Origin: Cenococcum geophilum
Taxonomy: Eukaryota
Direction: 5' to 3'
DNA length: 64,000 bases
Assembly: GCA_050273025.1 (NCBI GenBank)
Contig: CP158635.1
Location: forward strand, 4,154,001-4,218,000
Of this stretch, positions 62,470 to 64,000 are shown piece by piece; position 1 is the stretch's first letter, and every line of letters begins with the position of its first letter. A model generated the notes under the pieces. The model was not told where the DNA came from and did no database searches. It saw only the letters and a program-made list of their open reading frames with translations. Made by a program: the position numbers and the translations under genes.

Positions 62470-64000
62470 AATAAGCAATAATATTAACTAAATTAATTAG
62501 ATAGATATTACACCTCTAGTAAATAACTTAGAGATAATTAGGATCTTTAAGGATAAAAATAAAGAGAAGGGAGATAGTATTATAAACGCTTTAAGTACAA
62601 TATTATAACTACTAGGGAAAGAGTTAGAAGAAGCTAGTTAGTTAATTTAGGCATAGTCTAGAATAGAGCTAATAGAACTATATAACGAGGAATAGTAACT
62701 AAAGGTTATATAACGTAATCTATATAATCTATAGGATCTATATAATCCGCGATAGAGTAAATAGAGTACACGTATATTATATATAAAGAGGATTTTATAG
62801 GAGTATGGTTATATATTTAAGGACCCTTAATCCCTACCTAGATAGTTTCTTCTTTATAGTAATTTTTAGAATACAATTAGAGTTAATTTATTAGGCAACT
62901 ACTCCACTAGTTATTATTACGTTGTTAACTTTAATTTATATTACCTATATACCTAGCCTAATAACGAGCCTACTATAGTACCTGCTATAAGGTTTAGTTA
63001 TACTTATCTAACTATATTACTAAAGGCATTCTGTCTTAATATAACGAGGATAGAGTATTATACCCTATAGTATACTTCTTAAAACGACTAAGCCTAGCTA
63101 AATATAACTACGAGATTTATAATAAGGAATTATTAGCTATTATTAGATGTTTTAAATAATGGCGACCCAAACTAGAAGGCGCTGAATTTCTAATTAAGGT
63201 CCTTAGCGACTATAAGAACCTATAGTACTTCATAACTATAAAATAGCTAAGTTATCGTTAGGCCCGCTGGTTGGAATATCTATCTTATTTCTAATTTTTA
63301 ATTATATACCGCCTAGGCGTCTAAGGTTAGAAGCCTAATACCTTAACCTAACGCTCGTAAGACGCGCTAGCCCTAGAAGAAGCGCGCTCTTACCGAAATT
63401 AGACCCTACTTTACCCTAAACTATTTAACCCTCCTACTAAAGATCTTATAGTACACATCCTTAAAATAACTAATTAATTAATTAAATAGATTATAGTTAA
63501 CAAATACCCAAATAATAAGTTTATTTAAGAGATACTTAAGCTAATATAAGATAGTATTAAACGCTCTAAAAAGATTTCTCTAAGTAAATATAAAGCCTAT
63601 AGAAACCGCTTATATTACCAAAACTGTTTAGTTATCCCTAATTATAATAAGCTTAAGCTTAAACTCCTTAAACATATATACGATTTACCTGTCGCTAGTT
63701 ACCTAGGCTAAGGAAAGACCCTAAAACTACTCTAACGGGAGTATTATTGGCCGAATATATATAATATAATATAAAGGCATATCTCTAGCTACTATATCTA
63801 CTAATAAGCTAAAGCCTCGCATAAGGCGTATAACGGTCTTTTAAAGCCATTACCTGTTCTAGACCGAAGATAGAAGGATATCTTAATCGACTTTATTATT
63901 AACCTTTCTAAAAGTAGAGGCTGCACGAACATTATAGTAGTTATAGACCGACTATCTAAAATAAGACACTTAATCGCCTACCCTAATATATTAACACCTG

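Larger units (their letters stand above)
50237..63002 (+). mobile_element. Ty3/Gypsy chromovirus family A, copy 3
   Basis: LTRs at 50237-50661 and 62578-63002, TSD CTTAT (50232-50236, 63003-63007), PPT gagaagggagatag. RT is interrupted at 54651-59610. Confidence 0.94.
46644..64000 (+). mobile_element. Gypsy family D (5' LTR 46644-46992; gag-PR-RT to 50236; RNase H and integrase from 63008, running off the window)
   Basis: LTR tgttacggg...ccgtaaca. gag knuckle LCFKCGSKDH (~47980), protease DTGASG (~48375), [14 protein letters not shown] and AYIDDIL. The motif EADS|SDY continues across the family-A insertion. Confidence 0.9.

Noticed and set aside
1..64000. AT-rich bacterial or organellar origin, or a non-standard genetic code
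   Set aside because: Stops arise from directional transitions between repeat copies, and the unique genes use the standard code, one with spliceosomal introns.

Overview
Eukaryotic DNA from a filamentous ascomycete. Most of the window is nested transposable-element remnants heavily mutated by repeat-induced point mutation (RIP): TpA is in excess, CpA/TpG is depleted, and in-frame TAA/TAG stops replace CAA/CAG/TGG. From left to right: a Tc1/mariner element; a piggyBac remnant split by a full-length Tad1-like LINE; and a Ty3/Gypsy nest in which a family-B element contains family-A copy 1, which in turn contains a 2.6-kb minisatellite-filled element and family-A copy 2. A small gene island (about 30-41 kb) holds an intact 5-exon short-chain dehydrogenase and a 598-aa disordered protein, interleaved with two Fot1/pogo elements, a Crypton, a solo LTR and MITEs. 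A second Gypsy nest follows (family C interrupted by family D, which contains family-A copy 3, which contains a chimeric LINE). The most unusual signals are three. (1) An inferred spliced antisense gene (Zn2Cys6-like cluster, coiled coil, acidic tail) carried in the 3' region of every family-A Gypsy copy. (2) A 5'-truncated LINE fused to 1.8 kb of foreign, ORF-like sequence inside one target-site duplication (TSD). (3) An unclassified CATC...GATG-ended element made almost entirely of five different tandem arrays. Protein motifs in the TEs were read after mentally reversing RIP, so they are inferences. Family labels A-D are my own.
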